From positions 24,304,001 through 24,368,000 of the forward strand of contig NC_059425.1 in NCBI RefSeq assembly GCF_021028975.2: a stretch of 64,000 nucleotides of DNA. Direction: 5' to 3'. The notes beneath the pieces were generated by a model, which worked only from the letters and a program-made list of their open reading frames with translations, was not told where the DNA came from and made no database searches. A program made the translations under genes and the position numbers. Origin of the DNA: Sphaerodactylus townsendi. Its lineage: Eukaryota. Below are positions 25,831 to 39,500 of this stretch, in pieces; the first letter of the stretch is position 1; every line of letters starts with the position of its first letter.

Positions 25831-26984
25831 TTAATACCCTTATTCGTTTATAGTCCGCCTTTCTCGCTGAGGTGAGGCAGCTTACAAAACAATAACGCTG
25901 TAAGATCAGAATTAAAGAACTGGGAAACAAAGCAACAGAAAACTGACCGATGACATACTACAGGGGTCCCCCGTGTGGTGAACGTGGATGCACACCTTTT
26001 CTGGCACCTACCCAGTGTTTTGGGAAATAGGTGCCCAGCAAGATTTCTGATAGACTATTGGATCTGCTGTGCAGATTTTTTTAAATGCTGCATTTGTAGC
26101 AGCTACCACCATAGCACCAAAAATACGCTGTTACTGAAGTTAAACTGTGGCAATCTTGTGGCTTGCTTCTCCTCTTGTGCACAAAGCATCAGATGTGCGC
26201 AAAGGATCAATATGGTTGGAGACCCAGATATACCATAATGAAGAAAGGTCACAAAGATAGAGTACATTGTCATAAAAAAGGGAAAGCAATACATAGAATA
26301 AACATTGCAATACACTTTCTTACGGAGTCCATCTCTGGACATGTTCCATTATATTAAGTTTAGACCTTAGCAGTGTTGGGAGAAGAATAGCTAGATTTGA
26401 GTCTGATAGCACCTTAGAGATTTGTGAAGGGAACTTCGAATATTGAAATAATATTGAAACCCCCAAAATGTTGGTCTCTAAGGTGCTGAGCTCAAATACA
26501 GCAATTACATTAATATATAACCCTGATCCTGCACATTTCTGTTCTGCACATTCTGTGAAATGATAGAAATATGGGGGCCTTTCCGTCCACCTCTGGCAGG
26601 CTGCTCCATAAGCCTGAGAGCCCCTACCTCATCACTGAGGAGGAATGAAGATGAAGACTGACAGCTAAGGAATTATGAAAACTGCTGAACACCTTTTTTG
26701 CTTGTTTCCCCACTCATGAATTCAGCAATGAAATGATTTGAAAAGGACATTTTACCCATTGGAGTTTGAAAGCATAGAAATCCAAAGAAAGTATGGATGC
26801 ACAAGGGGAACCTCCATGTTCAGAGAAAGTATATTCTTGAATACCAGATGATGAAACAAGCTGAGCATTTACTGATTGCTTATGGAAACTTTCCTAGGGA
26901 GGCATCCTGGTTGGTCTCTGAAGAGGAGGCTGGATTAGACCTTTGATCTGATCCAGCAAGGATCTCCTGTTCATGACCAACAGT

Positions 26985-27258
26985 AGTAGGAGGTTAGGCA
27001 CCGTGTATCTAATCTGGAGAACCGGGTTTGATTCTCCCACTCTACTGCTGACAGGCTATCACAGAATTCAGATTAGCCTGTACCTCCACACATGCCAGCT
27101 AGGTGACCTTGGGCTGGTCACAGCTTCTCAAGCAGAGCTCTCTCAGCCCACCTACCTCACAGGGTGTTTGTTGTGAGGGGGGAAGGAGATTGTAAGCCCC
27201 TTTGAGTCTCCTACAGGAGAGAAAGGGGGGATATAAATCCAAACTCTTCTTCTTCTTC
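26985..27258 (+). mobile_element. tRNA-derived SINE (Squam3-like)
   Basis: tctaatctggagaaccgggtttgattc...cctacctcacagggtg...tataaatccaaactcttcttcttc tail. Confidence 0.75.
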
Positions 27259-27420
27259 AATGGGCCTCAGGGCTCTTTCCTATTCAGGTGTGATTATCTA
27301 TAACACTGAGCCAATTGGCATGAAGCCCTAAAGAGAAAGCCAACATTCACCCATCTGAAAGAAAAACCACACCAGGAGAGTGGTCCAAATATTAGCTTTA
27401 TTAGGGTAACTAGGTGCTAT

Positions 27421-30113
27421 TTAGGAGTTGGCATTGGGACCCTTCTTTCTTACTTAAGAGTTGGCACAATGTTAGCCAGCGAGGCTGGTTGTACTGCATG
27501 CGCCTCTTAGCACGGCCAGTCTTCTTTTTCTTCTTTTCTTGCTTGGCAACCTTAGGGAAGAAAAATCAAGCAGGCGTCAAGCCACAGGGCAGAAATGTTA
27601 CCAATCTGTACCTTTCACCATTTCTGTTTTAACCGAACTCTTCACCCAGAACCATTTTACCAGTTCAAATAACCATCATTTCACCCCACCCACCCACCCA
27701 CCCGTGCTTTCTTTCATGCCAGTATATCTTCCCATGAGAGGAAAAGTGACATCCGCTGGATTTCTGCCTGCCCTACAGCAATTGGAACAAAGAAGTCAGA
27801 AACAGGTACACCATCTATAGGACTTAACTGGCAAGAGGGCTCAGCTCTGCCAACTGTGTAGTGTTCTTTATGTACAGAGTCACAGCACCACCAGTGAAAT
27901 CTAGAGCCAGGATGAATAATGACTATTCTATGTTAAGCTCCCAGTTGTGAAAACCAGCTTCCACCCATATGAAAGGAAGGAGGCCAGGCCTGATGCTCCT
28001 CAACAATGTGCTGCAAAAGGACAAGCCAGGTCCTGGAGTTTGCCCGACTCAATAGGGAAGAAACAAAATCACTGCCTGACTGCTAAGAAGGCAACTATCA
28101 GTCCATTTGCTGAAGGAAGGAGGAAAATGAACAGAAGCAGACAGCTTCTTCCCACCAGCAGCTCAGCAGCAATTCCTCAAAAGCCACCACACTTGGCAGC
28201 TGGCCATCTGCAACAATCTGTCAAAAGCAGACCCCGAAGAGTGGAGAAATATGCCTCTGTCCCATCCACAATGTTCACTTCAGCTGTATCTGATTGCTCA
28301 CCTTAGGGGTCTGGCCTCTCACTTTGCCAGCACGCGCCAGGGAGCCATGAACTTTGCCTGGAAAGAGAAGACAAAGACAAGGCAATGAGACCAATATTTG
28401 TGCATTCAAGAATGCAACTCCCCTCTGCCCATCCCCCAAAAAACTGAGAGGAAATATTTTTTATAAATTATTTGACAGCTGAAGCCTTTTGGTCCTTGGT
28501 GAAGTGTAACTTAGGCCTAAATGTTGAACACTGAACCTGTTTACAGGAAACAGGCTGACAGCAAAACCAGAGGAAATTAACATAGTGAAGGTTTTCAGTT
28601 ATCCCAAAAGTGTATTCCAAGTTCACCATACTGTTTTACAGAAACATAGTCTGGGGCAATCCACAACTCTGATCTTCTAACAAACCTTCATCCAGTTCGT
28701 TCACCTGAACCAAAGGGGAGCTGAAATTTCTTCATCTGCTACACCCAATCTGGATAGACTTACTGCAACACCTCCCAGGACTTCAAACTTACCACCCAGC
28801 ATGCGTGCAGCAACCTCCACAGTTGCGAGGTCACTGATTCCACACTGGCCAATGATGGCATCATCTTCCAAGGGAATCCCACCCAAGAGAACCACCTGAT
28901 CCTCAGGTACAATGCCCTCCAAGGCCTCGATGTGAGCCTAAAACAAGAAGAAGTTCTGTATGAAAGGTCAAGAAAGTGCACCAGCCTGCTCATGAACACA
29001 GCAGCAAAATGCAAGTAGCAGCATAAAGGCCAAAGTGAAGCATAAAAAGATGTTTAGTAAAGCTTTAAGCAAGTCTTGCCTTGTTGCCCTCTAACAAATT
29101 CCTCAACAGCATTGAGCATCTGCAGCAAAGAAATGCTGAGAGGTGTGTTTGTCCACTGATTTTCTCTTGAGTTCACAACTGGATTACAGATACATGAACA
29201 AGGACAAAAACCTATCTACAACTCCCAATGGGAAAACAAAAGAGGAACTGGAGAGGAAGGAAAACTGCAGCAGAAAACTAATAACCTGGGAAAGGGAAAA
29301 CCATTCCCACAGCCCACTTCTGTTCCAAACTGCCTGTTCCCAAGCATGTTTTTCCTCAGAAGAAAGGCTTGGTTTCAGTTATAACATTTGTACCCCAAGT
29401 TTCCTCTCTTCCTTTTAACCCTTATGAGGAATACACTAGGCAAGAATAGACTAGACAAGCAAGCAACTAGCCCAAGATCACTTTGCAATCTTTATGGCTG
29501 AAAAGGGATTCACAACCTACGGACCATGGCAACTCAATAACTGGGTGACAAAGAAAACACACCCAGTATTTCAAAGCCTTCTACAAATCACGCATTTTAT
29601 GGCGATATATCCTATCTCAACTCTCTAAATCTGGAGCCCAAAGCAAGCAGCACACAAAATTAAACTGGCAAAATCTTGAAGCTTCCCTAGAAAAGGCGTA
29701 ACAGAGCTAGGAATGCACAAAGGGCTGACGGTGTTCATTTCCTCAGTTCTAAAGTGGGCACCATACTGTTTACGGAGAAACTGTGTTTGGGCTCACTACA
29801 GAAAGCCTCTATTAAGGATAGTAATGACCCAGGCTTTTGAGATATCAAATTGCCTCAAGCATCTCTTGGTAATTTTGCGATCCACCACCATTGCATCTAC
29901 AGTAGTTTATTTCTAATTTGCTGTAATTTGCCATGATGGTTTTATTAAAAGGCAGGATATAAATCTTCAAGCACAGAGAATATGGTGGGGGGAGTAAGCT
30001 GGGAGCATGCGAAGGGGGTAGGTGACCAATTCCTTACTGCTAGGGTGAGCAACTGTTTCCTGCCCGGACACCTCAAGGGTGTGCAGATTCTGAGCACGAA
30101 CAAAGAGCTGCAT
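27421..30113 (-). CDS. FAU: FUBI-ribosomal protein eS30 fusion; coding exons 30113-30038, 28937-28793, 28357-28302, 27550-27421
   Basis: [23 protein letters not shown] / [18 protein letters not shown]...RMLG / [19 protein letters not shown] / [21 protein letters not shown]...GPNANS*. Canonical splice sites and AATAAA at 27397-27402 (-). The first and last coding exons carry small indels. Confidence 0.97.
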
Positions 30114-30815
30114 GGTTCCAGCTGTGCTGCAAAAAGAACAGTGAGATTGGAATGTGATAAGCAGGTTTTGCTCCTGATGCCTGGGAAGATGGACCGACAC
30201 CCAGCACTGAAACCAAGAAGCAGAACCAGTGGCAGCACTTGGCTTCACTAGCTGCCAATAATATCATTTGAAGAGCCAGGGTACCTTATATCCTTATCCC
30301 CTGAAGAGGCCAGAAATACACTGCTCTTGACAAAGACAAACATTACTTTTCTCCAAAAAACAGATTACCATCAACAGGAACAGGGCCAGCCTCTTTGGAG
30401 GAGAATCAAGCCTGGCTGAATCTGTCTTCTACATGTTACAAGTAGTGTAATAGAAGGAGAGAAGATCCTGATTTTTATTATCGTAATGATAGAGAAGTCC
30501 ACTTCAGATCCTTCTCCCTAAAGGGCCATGAGGACTCCCTATCCCTTATATTGCTATGTTTCTTACCTTTCCCATTAGCCACTTCACGAAAAGTCTTAAC
30601 TCAGGAGACCATTTCCACTGGTCCACTCCCATCCCTCCTTTCCCCAAAAACGTGTCGTCCCAATTATTTAACTCTTACTAGATTCCCCTTCAAAAGCCCT
30701 GCAAGCTTCATCCCCACAGAAGAATGCGGAATTCTTCTTTTAATCCTGAAAGTTACACTTAACTTTCCGCCCTTCACCCGGCCCCCGACCCTCTTATCAA
30801 ACCCTTCAGCCTCAC

Positions 30816-30940
30816 CGGCCGCACTCCTTCCCAAGATGGAGGCCGGAGCGAAAAGGAACCTGCTTCTGGTTGTTCGGCGCACGCAGATGAGAGCCAGACA
30901 GACGAAGGGAGGGCGGGGTTTTGGATGCGCAGGCGCACTG
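30816..30940 (-). promoter_or_regulatory. FAU: FAU promoter and non-coding exon 1 (about 30856-30816) with a 5' TOP start
   Basis: Minus strand reads ttccttttcgctccggcctccatcttgg...ggccg|gtgag (pyrimidine initiator, YY1-like CCATCTT); GC box at 30911-30918; NRF1-like TGCGCAGGCGCA at 30926-30937. Confidence 0.8.
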
Positions 30941-31559
30941 AGGAAACGTCTATGGTTACGCAAAACCTTCCTCTCCATTCTCTCGTAAACGCAGAGAGTC
31001 GGCTTGGTGTCGTCATCAATCCGCGTATCCAGCTTGGCTATAGAGGTAGAAAAGAGATAAAGGAATAGTCACTTCTGGGATTAAAGACTCAGAAATGGCC
31101 ATTCCCCTCGTGTGTGACGAAGGGAGCTTTGACCCTCCAAAATTTATACCTTGAAAGTCTTGTTGGACTTGCTGGACTCGAATCGATTTATTCTACTGTA
31201 TTTGTCTGTAGGTGTAGAAAAGAGCAAGAGTTTAATTAGCGTGTAAAGACTTAACACCAAAGGGTTTCTGGACAGGGGAATTGTACCAGGGCTGAAGAGG
31301 TATATGAGGCAGAAAGAAGTGAAGCTGCTGACTCACAAGAAACAATTCCTGGGAAAAAGGGCCGAGTTGAGTCTTTTATGCATCGCGCCACTGGACTCTT
31401 GCTCTTTTCTACACCTGGGCCATTTGATTTGTTATTTATTTATTTATTAGGCATTTTTATACGCCCTATCCCGAGAGCTCGAGGTGATTGTGCAACAATC
31501 AAACATAATAAAATGGCAAAATCTTTAAAGCTCGATAAAAAAACAGTAAAGCTAAAATC

Positions 31560-31665
31560 TTATAAATACAATACAATGGAAATACAATAAAAATGCAATA
31601 ATAAATATAATACAATAAAATACATAAATAATAAATATAATACAATAAAAATGCAATAATAAATG
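31560..31665. repeat. AT-rich tandem repeat
   Basis: aatacaataaaa...ataataaatataa units. Confidence 0.7.
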
Positions 31666-34600
31666 TCAAAGTAAAAACCAGCTTGTCAAATTTGAAATCG
31701 ACCCTATGGCTCCCCAAGCGAAAAGAGGGGAGGAATAGGAGTCAGATGTCAGAGACTGGCCAAAAGCCAAGGCGAAGGGCCATGAAAGGGGGGGAGGCAC
31801 CATCAGTGGCGCGGTTCCTCAAAGGCCGGTGGAACGGCCTTAGTCTCAAATGCCCTACGGGCTGAACCTCGCCGAGACCGCGGGGTGGACAATTCGGAAG
31901 GAGGCGTTCCACCAGGCGGGACAGAGCCGTGAAGACGTCGAGGCCCTGGCCGAGGTGGAATGCTCCAAGTACTCCCGCATCACCGACCCAGGCGGGACCC
32001 ACAGAAGTAGTTTGGCCTTCAACTGAGTGAAGGGGCGGTACAGGGACATGTATGGGGTGATCTTTTGAATACAGTAGAATAAATCGATTCGATTTAACAT
32101 GGCTACGGCTACCCTTAGGAGCTTGCCTCTGATTGGCATTTCCAATCTTTTAAAAAATTGTTTTTTAAAGTGTGTTTTGCAGAGGCGTATCTAGGGAAAA
32201 CGTAGCCTGGTGCAAAATCTGAGTGTCCTCCCCCCATGCACGCTTAATTAGTTAACCTTAATTAAAATAGGAAGAAAACTCATTGAACATATGATTCTGC
32301 TTTATGCATGTGCCACATTGATCTCTTCCAACGGTTGTACAGAAGGGAGGGGAAAACACAAAGTAGGGAACTATGCCTGCTCCCTTCCTTGACCTGACTT
32401 CAATTATTCCAATTGGACTGGAAACACTTGTGCAGGACGAGCGTCCCTTTGCTGCTATGAGTGGCCCAAATCAACTGCAACTTGATGGCACTTCACTCAC
32501 ACCCAATGGGTTATATTTCTTTGCTTTATTGCATTTTTGTTGTTGTAAGCCACATCAGACACCACTTACAGCAAAGTGACTTATACATTGTTTGCACCCC
32601 AGAAGATCACTGCTGGATTGTAGGGTTGCCAATCTCCAGGTGGCACCTGGCTACCTCCCAGAATTGCAACAAACTTTCAGATGACTGCAATCAGTTCTCC
32701 TGGAGAAAACAGCTCCTCAAACTCTGCCCTCCCCATACTCTATACCAAAATCTCCAGGAATTTCCCTGCTCAAGAGTTTTACAGCTTAATCAAGGGGTTC
32801 ATCCTAGCAGTCGAAGTATCCAGCACTGGCCAGTCCTGATGCCAGACAGGAACGTCATGTAAACAAAGCCTGCTGTCTGCTCTGAAGCCAAAGGTCCAAT
32901 TAAGCTACTGTGGCTAAATGACCAGTGATAGACCTATTCTCCGTCATTATCCCACTGAAATAAAAAATAAGAGTCTTCCATGCTGATGTGCTTGAGTGCT
33001 CTATAAAGTTAATACGCCAAATGATTTCATACTTCAACCAGATGCCTTGCTTGATAATTTTCCTGGGCCCTCTTTGGCCTGCTGAAAAATGCTAAGGAAC
33101 TGAAAGTACCAAACCACTCAGTCCCCCCACAAGAGTACTCACAGACAAGAGAACTGGTTGCTTGTTTACTCCTGCTACTACTACTATTGTACCTGCATTC
33201 TGGAGGGTCTCAATTTTTTGAGGCCTTGTAGCAAACTCTGCCACTTTCTGCACAAACTGTGTCCTGGCTCTCTGCTACTGCTCAAAGACTGCCAAGAGGG
33301 AAGGAAAGAAATAGCATAAGTGGCTGGCAAAAAGGAGCTCCCCACTCTCCTCTGCCCAGTTTATAAGCACCAAGCCAGAGGAGTCTCTGGATAGATCAGG
33401 GCCGGGACCCTTGAATCCGAGTTCTTTCTGACGACCAGCTCCTGACACGTTGTCACCTGGCTCCCCCACAAAGGAAGCTGCCCTTGGCCTACCTTGCAAA
33501 CCTGCCTTTGGCTCATGGTTGCTTGCTCCCCATTCCCCACCCGGGCACGAGGCTGTGGGAGGCTCCCTGGCGGTGCCCTGCTTGCCTGGCAGCCTGTGTG
33601 TGTCTTGGGCTCCTAAACAACCCAACAGAATCCAGCACCACAGAAGACTCCGCCACCTTGCCCCCGGTTTGTGACATCAGAGGGGCAGCCTCCATCGGTT
33701 GGCCTGTGAGGCTAAGAGGAGGTCGGGACTTAGGAGGGCTTGGCCTGTGGGCCAGAAGCAGAGGCATATCTGGAAAGAAACGTGTGGCGGCAGAGGCTAT
33801 TCAGTCAGTGTATGGACAAGGGGGGGGGAGGAGGGGGTAGTCTGAGGGGCTGGTGGCACCTCAGTCTTTGGTTTCTTTGTCCCTGCCCAACCAACCACCC
33901 TCTCAAAACCACTCCCTGACTTGGGAGTTGAATCCACTCTGCAATGCTGTGGAGGTGGAGGGGTTTTGACAGGGATATTATTACCTGCTTTATGAAATGG
34001 ATTCTTAATGGTTCAGTAGAGGAGCAGAGCCAAGTGGAAGAGGACTTGTGGAGTGCGAGGCCCTGGCTGCCTCTTGAACCGTGGGGGTCTCTCCCAAGTC
34101 CCAAGGCCCCTCAGAGGGGAAAGGGCAGGCTGTCTGCTGATGCTTCAAGGCTACAAAGCAGGATCCTTATCCGAAGAGGATCTATCCTCACAAAGGTCTG
34201 CAGCAACAGGCTTCTTCTTTATTGAGATTCATCTTAAGAGATGAATCTCTGCCTTGCTACATGGGCACCATGTGGGCTCACGTGGTCCTAAGCAATGTAA
34301 CCAAGTTAGTGTTAGAATAGAAAGTTGTTCTTTGTTTTATTCCATGTAAACCGTTTCCCTTATTAGTAAGTAAACTCTTTTTTTTAATAATCACAGCAAC
34401 TGTCTCATGGTCTCTTATTCCGCACTCTGCTAATTATAAAGTTTAACAAACCCAACAAATATAAACAGGACACTGCTAGCACCATGGGATGCTGACCCAA
34501 GAAAATAAAATTTAACCTTAGAGAGAACAGCAAAAATAGAGAGGAAATGCTGGAGGTGTAACTTATTAATCTTTGGCATTCCTGTCCGGTGGTGAAAACA

Positions 34601-36589
34601 TTTTGGAGACAAAACATGAGAAGAAATTTGTCTAACTTGCTCTCTTCTCTGCATCCACTAAACTGTTTGGGAGGGGGGGTTGCCAAGAGGCAGACAAAAA
34701 AAAATGTTTCCCTTCAATCTGGCAGCCCTTAAGCAAAAGTGAGATGGTTTCTTCTCTCTGCCCAGCCCCTGCAAGGGCTCCTTAGCCATTCATTCACAAA
34801 GCAATCTTGCTGCTGGGCTCTGAGGAGTTTTGCCACCATCGAAGATTTGGTCTGGTCCAGGGGTAGGGAACCTGCGGCTCTCCAGATGTTCAGGAACTAC
34901 AATTCCCATCAGCCCCTACCAGCGGCATGACAGACAGAGGTGGTCCTAGTATCTCAGGCTGCAAGTCCCAGACCTCTGATCAAAAGCATGAAAGTCACCA
35001 GAGAAAACTCTAAGGTGTCTATCACGGGGGGACCCAGGCCCTTGAATTTTTAGTGTCCCCAGGAGCCAATCTGCCTTTGGCGACCTGGTTTTCTGTACAG
35101 ATATCCTTTCCATGTCACGACTCTCCACACTGCAGCCTTGATATATTGCGTGACGGCATTCAATGGGAATTTTTGGGTTGTTTTGTGGAAGACCCAGATG
35201 ACACGTAAAGCCAGCAGAAGACGCAGAAAAGGTTTACAAGCTCAGAAATACATAAAATATATGTATAATATTGTATAATAGCAACATATCTAAATATACA
35301 CAATTTCTTAGGGGTCATTGTTAGGACATTAGGAATGTATATAGAAGGATGAGTTTTTAAACCACATACCTTCTATTTACTATTTGAGAAAGGGGCTCAG
35401 CTGAGCAAACCATGAGATGCTGGTCATTTGAATTCTGCAAACAGCAGCAGGCCTTTTTTTGCTTTGATGAGTAAAAATGGGCACGGGGGAAGGGAACTTC
35501 TTCCTGCATTAGAGCCATCTACAGCCCCATCCTAAGACCCTGATGCTTGTGGAGCTATGAACTGGTGTCCAAGGCCTGCCCAACTCAGGACAATTTTCTG
35601 AAACATGTTGCCAGGGTTCACACAGCCCAGCAGCAGCACCAGTATCCTTGGAAACACCAGGAATGTCCACCACCACAAGGTGACTTCCCTGTGACAGGAA
35701 GAGAGAAGCAGAGCATGCTGGGAAGGCCAGCCTCCTGCCCACCACCACCCACAGAAGGCCAAACTCTCCCTCCAGCGCTGGGGTTTGAGTGGGAGGAGCA
35801 TCTTTTTGCCAGGCAAATGACTTACAGACTCTTAAGCAACACAATAGAAACGCAAGGGAGGCCTGGACTCAGGTTCTACTAGGAAGGCCCAAGTAAGGAT
35901 TTTGGTTTATGCTCCCCCTCATCTGTCAGGAGTGCTTTGATTGTTCCTGCATTGCAGGGGGTTGGACTTGATGGCCCTTGTGATCTCTGCCAACTCTATG
36001 ATTCTATGATCTACCATCTCCCTTATGTGGCATTGCCAATATCCAGGTAGGACCTGGAGGTAGCCTGGAATTACAATGCATACATTTCCATGTAGAAAGT
36101 AGCTCATTTGGGAGGTGGCCTTGAAACCTTTGTACCCTGCCCTCCCCTGGTTCCATCCCAAATTTCCAACCTGAAGTGTGTAATCTTGTCTATTCATTGC
36201 CACCTTACCTCCTGTTCATCCCAGCAGCCGTTGTGCCCCATTCCACGTACAAACCACACCCCTGACAAAATCCCACTCTGTGCCAGTGTCAGATTGACAC
36301 GTGCCTTATAATAGCAGGAGACCACTGTGGATTTGGGTGGGCATATCTCCTGACACATCCAAAGCCCCTAGGACAGGCCCTAAAACTAAAGTAACATCTT
36401 TAAAGAGCCAGAAATACAAGCCCCAAGAAGCACTTCTGGTTTGATCCACTGTGCATCAGCATCACCTCTCTCTTTTGTTTTCCTTGTGTCTCTCTGCCCC
36501 ACATCTGCCTTACATCTACTCTTTTTTCATAGCCATTTGAGAAAGGCATCTTTTCAGAGCTGAAGACGACTGAGTAGAAGAAGAAGGAG

Positions 36590-39500
36590 ATGGAAGAACA
36601 GGACCCAGAAGGAGTGGGACGAGGCAAGAGAGCAAGGAAAGCCCCCCGGCCCATCCAAGCTGGGAGTGGTCTTGAATTCTGGGAGAGAGGTGTGCCGGAT
36701 ATCTGGAATCAAGAACCCCTGAACGTGGAAGTACTTTGCAGACGCTTCCGGCAGTTCTGCTACCATGATGCTGATGTTCCCCGAGAAGTTTGCAGTCAGC
36801 TTCATGGACTTTGCAAACACTGGCTGAAGCCAGAGAGGCACTCCAAGAAGCAGATCCTGGACCTGGTGATCCTGGAGCAGTTCCTGACCATCCTGCCCCA
36901 AGAAATGCAGTACTGGGTTAGAGGATGCAGTCCAGAGACCAGTTCCCAAGCGGTGGCCCTGGCAGAGGGTTTCCTCCTGAGTCAAGCTGAGGAGAAGAGG
37001 CAGGCAGAACAGGTGAGGGCTTTTCTTTCCACTTCTTCTAGGGAATTTCTCATCCCTCCAGATAATTACCCAGGGTTGAAGGAAAACCCTACTAGGTCTG
37101 CTAATAGATAGGTGCATAGTCTGGGAATGGGGCAGGATGCATTCCTCAGTGTCTTTCATTCTGTCTCTTACCTGTCTCCCTCACTGTTACTTCAGAGATG
37201 TGGTCCATCCATGAAGATCAAAACTACATTCTCTGAGAGGGAAAGAGCTCAGTTGGAGGAAGGGCAGCATGTCCACGACCAGGAACTTGCCCAAAATGCC
37301 CTCTCACGCGGTAAGGACTCATTGTTCCAGGACGGGATTGAAACACCCAGTGAATTTGATGGGTAGAGAGTTCTGGTCAGGAAAAAAGTGAAATGCTTCT
37401 TCACACAACTGGTGACACTTGCTGTTCAGCAGTTGTGATGCGCATAAAAGGGGATTAGACAAATTCATGGAAGCAGTTCCACACATGGGTTACAATATTT
37501 ACATTGCTCCTTTTTAATTAGAGGGACTCAAGGTGGCTCAGCAGAAAAATCTCAGCCAAGCTCTTCAGTCTTGTGAATAAGCAGAGCCTCTCCCACAACG
37601 TACCAGAAAGTTTTACAAGTCTTTTTGAGTGTACATAGGGCAAAGATTTCACAGCCCTGGGAACGGAGTGCATGAAGAATGATTTACACAGCAAACAATA
37701 GGAAGTGGAAACTAATACTTTTTCTTCCATTTTTCCCTCCCTCACAGGCAGTGAAGAGAGAGTGTTGATCCCTTCTCTTTGTGGAGGTGTGAAAACAGCT
37801 GCGGCACCTCCAGCCAAGGTAGGAGAGATGAGCAGGGGACAGCCTGGTTCCCCATCTCTTTCTCAGGCAAGCTTTTCTCCTGCAGTTGGTGCTGAAGGGC
37901 AAGAGGCTGTAAATGCTACTCCTGATAATAATGTGAGCTCTCCATAATGCAGCCTCCCAGAGTACCCTCTTTCAGCATCCTATCTCTTCCTGATATGTCC
38001 TCTGACCAGCGAATCTGCTTTTTCTTACAGCCTCTGGTTTCCTTTGGGGAGGTGGCCGTGTATTTCAGAGAGGCAGAATGGGCATTACTGGATCCAGACC
38101 AAAGAGCTCTCTACAAGAGCGTCATGCTGGAGAACTTCAAGAGTGTGGCCTCTCTGGGTAAGGAGCTTTCATAGGCACACATTTCTGCCTTTGGGATGAG
38201 GCATGAATCAAAATCTTGAACAGCAATGCATTGTGTTGAGGCTTGTTCCATAACTTGCTCCCTTTTGGAGGCCTCGAGATGGCAGCGAAAGCAATACTTA
38301 GCATGGCCAAATAGAGTGACCCAAGCCACAAGGTTTGCCCAGGACAACTGAGGGCAGTGTTGTGGCCATCACCCAAGCCAGAGAGTGTGTCCTGACCGGA
38401 AGCCAATGGGGGACTCTAAGGCCCTCAGGAGGACTCTGAAAGGAGCCACATCCTAATTTCTCAGTGAACAACCATAAGAAAACATTTATCCTCTGGGAGT
38501 AGAGTGATGCCCTCTGACTGTGGTCTGAGAGGGGAGAAAAGGGTCTTAATTCCCGACTTCTTCACATGAGCTGGGTGATCTTGGGCCAATCCCAGTTCTC
38601 TTAGAACTCTCTCAGCCCCACCTACCTCAGAAGGTGCCTGTTGTGGGGAGGGAAAGGAATATGATTTGTAAGCTACCTTGAGGCTCATTAGGGTTCAGGA
38701 AAACAGGGTATAAAAATCTTCTCTTCTACTTGTCCTCTTTAATCATCAATAACAGAGAGTCAAAAGAGCTGTGTGGCAAGTCAAATGTGAATGGTGGAGG
38801 AAGGATTTCTTGCCACTTTGCCCTCTGGGATAAGGTGTAACCAGCAGATCAGTTGTGAGGAAAGCAATTCCGATAAAGAAAACATTCACCCATAAATGAG
38901 CAGTTCCTAATGGGTGGTGCCTAGTGCTGATTGGACTTGCCTAGTGCTGATTGGACCTTTTTCTTTCTTCCAGAAGCACAAGTAGAGGAGATAGTTGGAG
39001 TATTCCAGGGATTCTGTGTGGAAAAAGCCAAGGATCAAGATTCAAAAGGAAAGTTGGAGGATGGAGACAGGCCACAGAGTCAGGAGGAAAGCCATGCAGA
39101 CCAGAGAAGGGAGAAGCCCATTCTGTCCCTCGGAGGAGGCTTTTGTGAAGTCCCAGTCCAAGAAGTAAGATCAACCACATCAAACAAGAATGAAGCCATC
39201 CATGCTAACCAGGGAATCCTCTCCAGGCAGAATGAAAATGTGGCCTTTAGAAAGACCTTCAGTAAGAACATCAGTCTTATTTCCGAGAGACAAATTCCCT
39301 CTGGAGAGAAACTGTACGATTGTATGAAGTGCGCAAAGACCTTCAGTCAGAAATCAGATCTTTCTTCACATATAAGAATTCACTCAGGTGAGGAAGGGTA
39401 TAAATAGTTAGTTTGCAAACCAAGCCATTCTAATTCAGCAGATTTTAATGTCCTTTTAAATTGTATATTAATATACACTTTAATGTACTTCAGCAAAAAA

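Noticed and set aside
27551-30037. snoRNAs in FAU introns 2-4
   Set aside because: No convincing C/D box pair or H/ACA architecture found by eye
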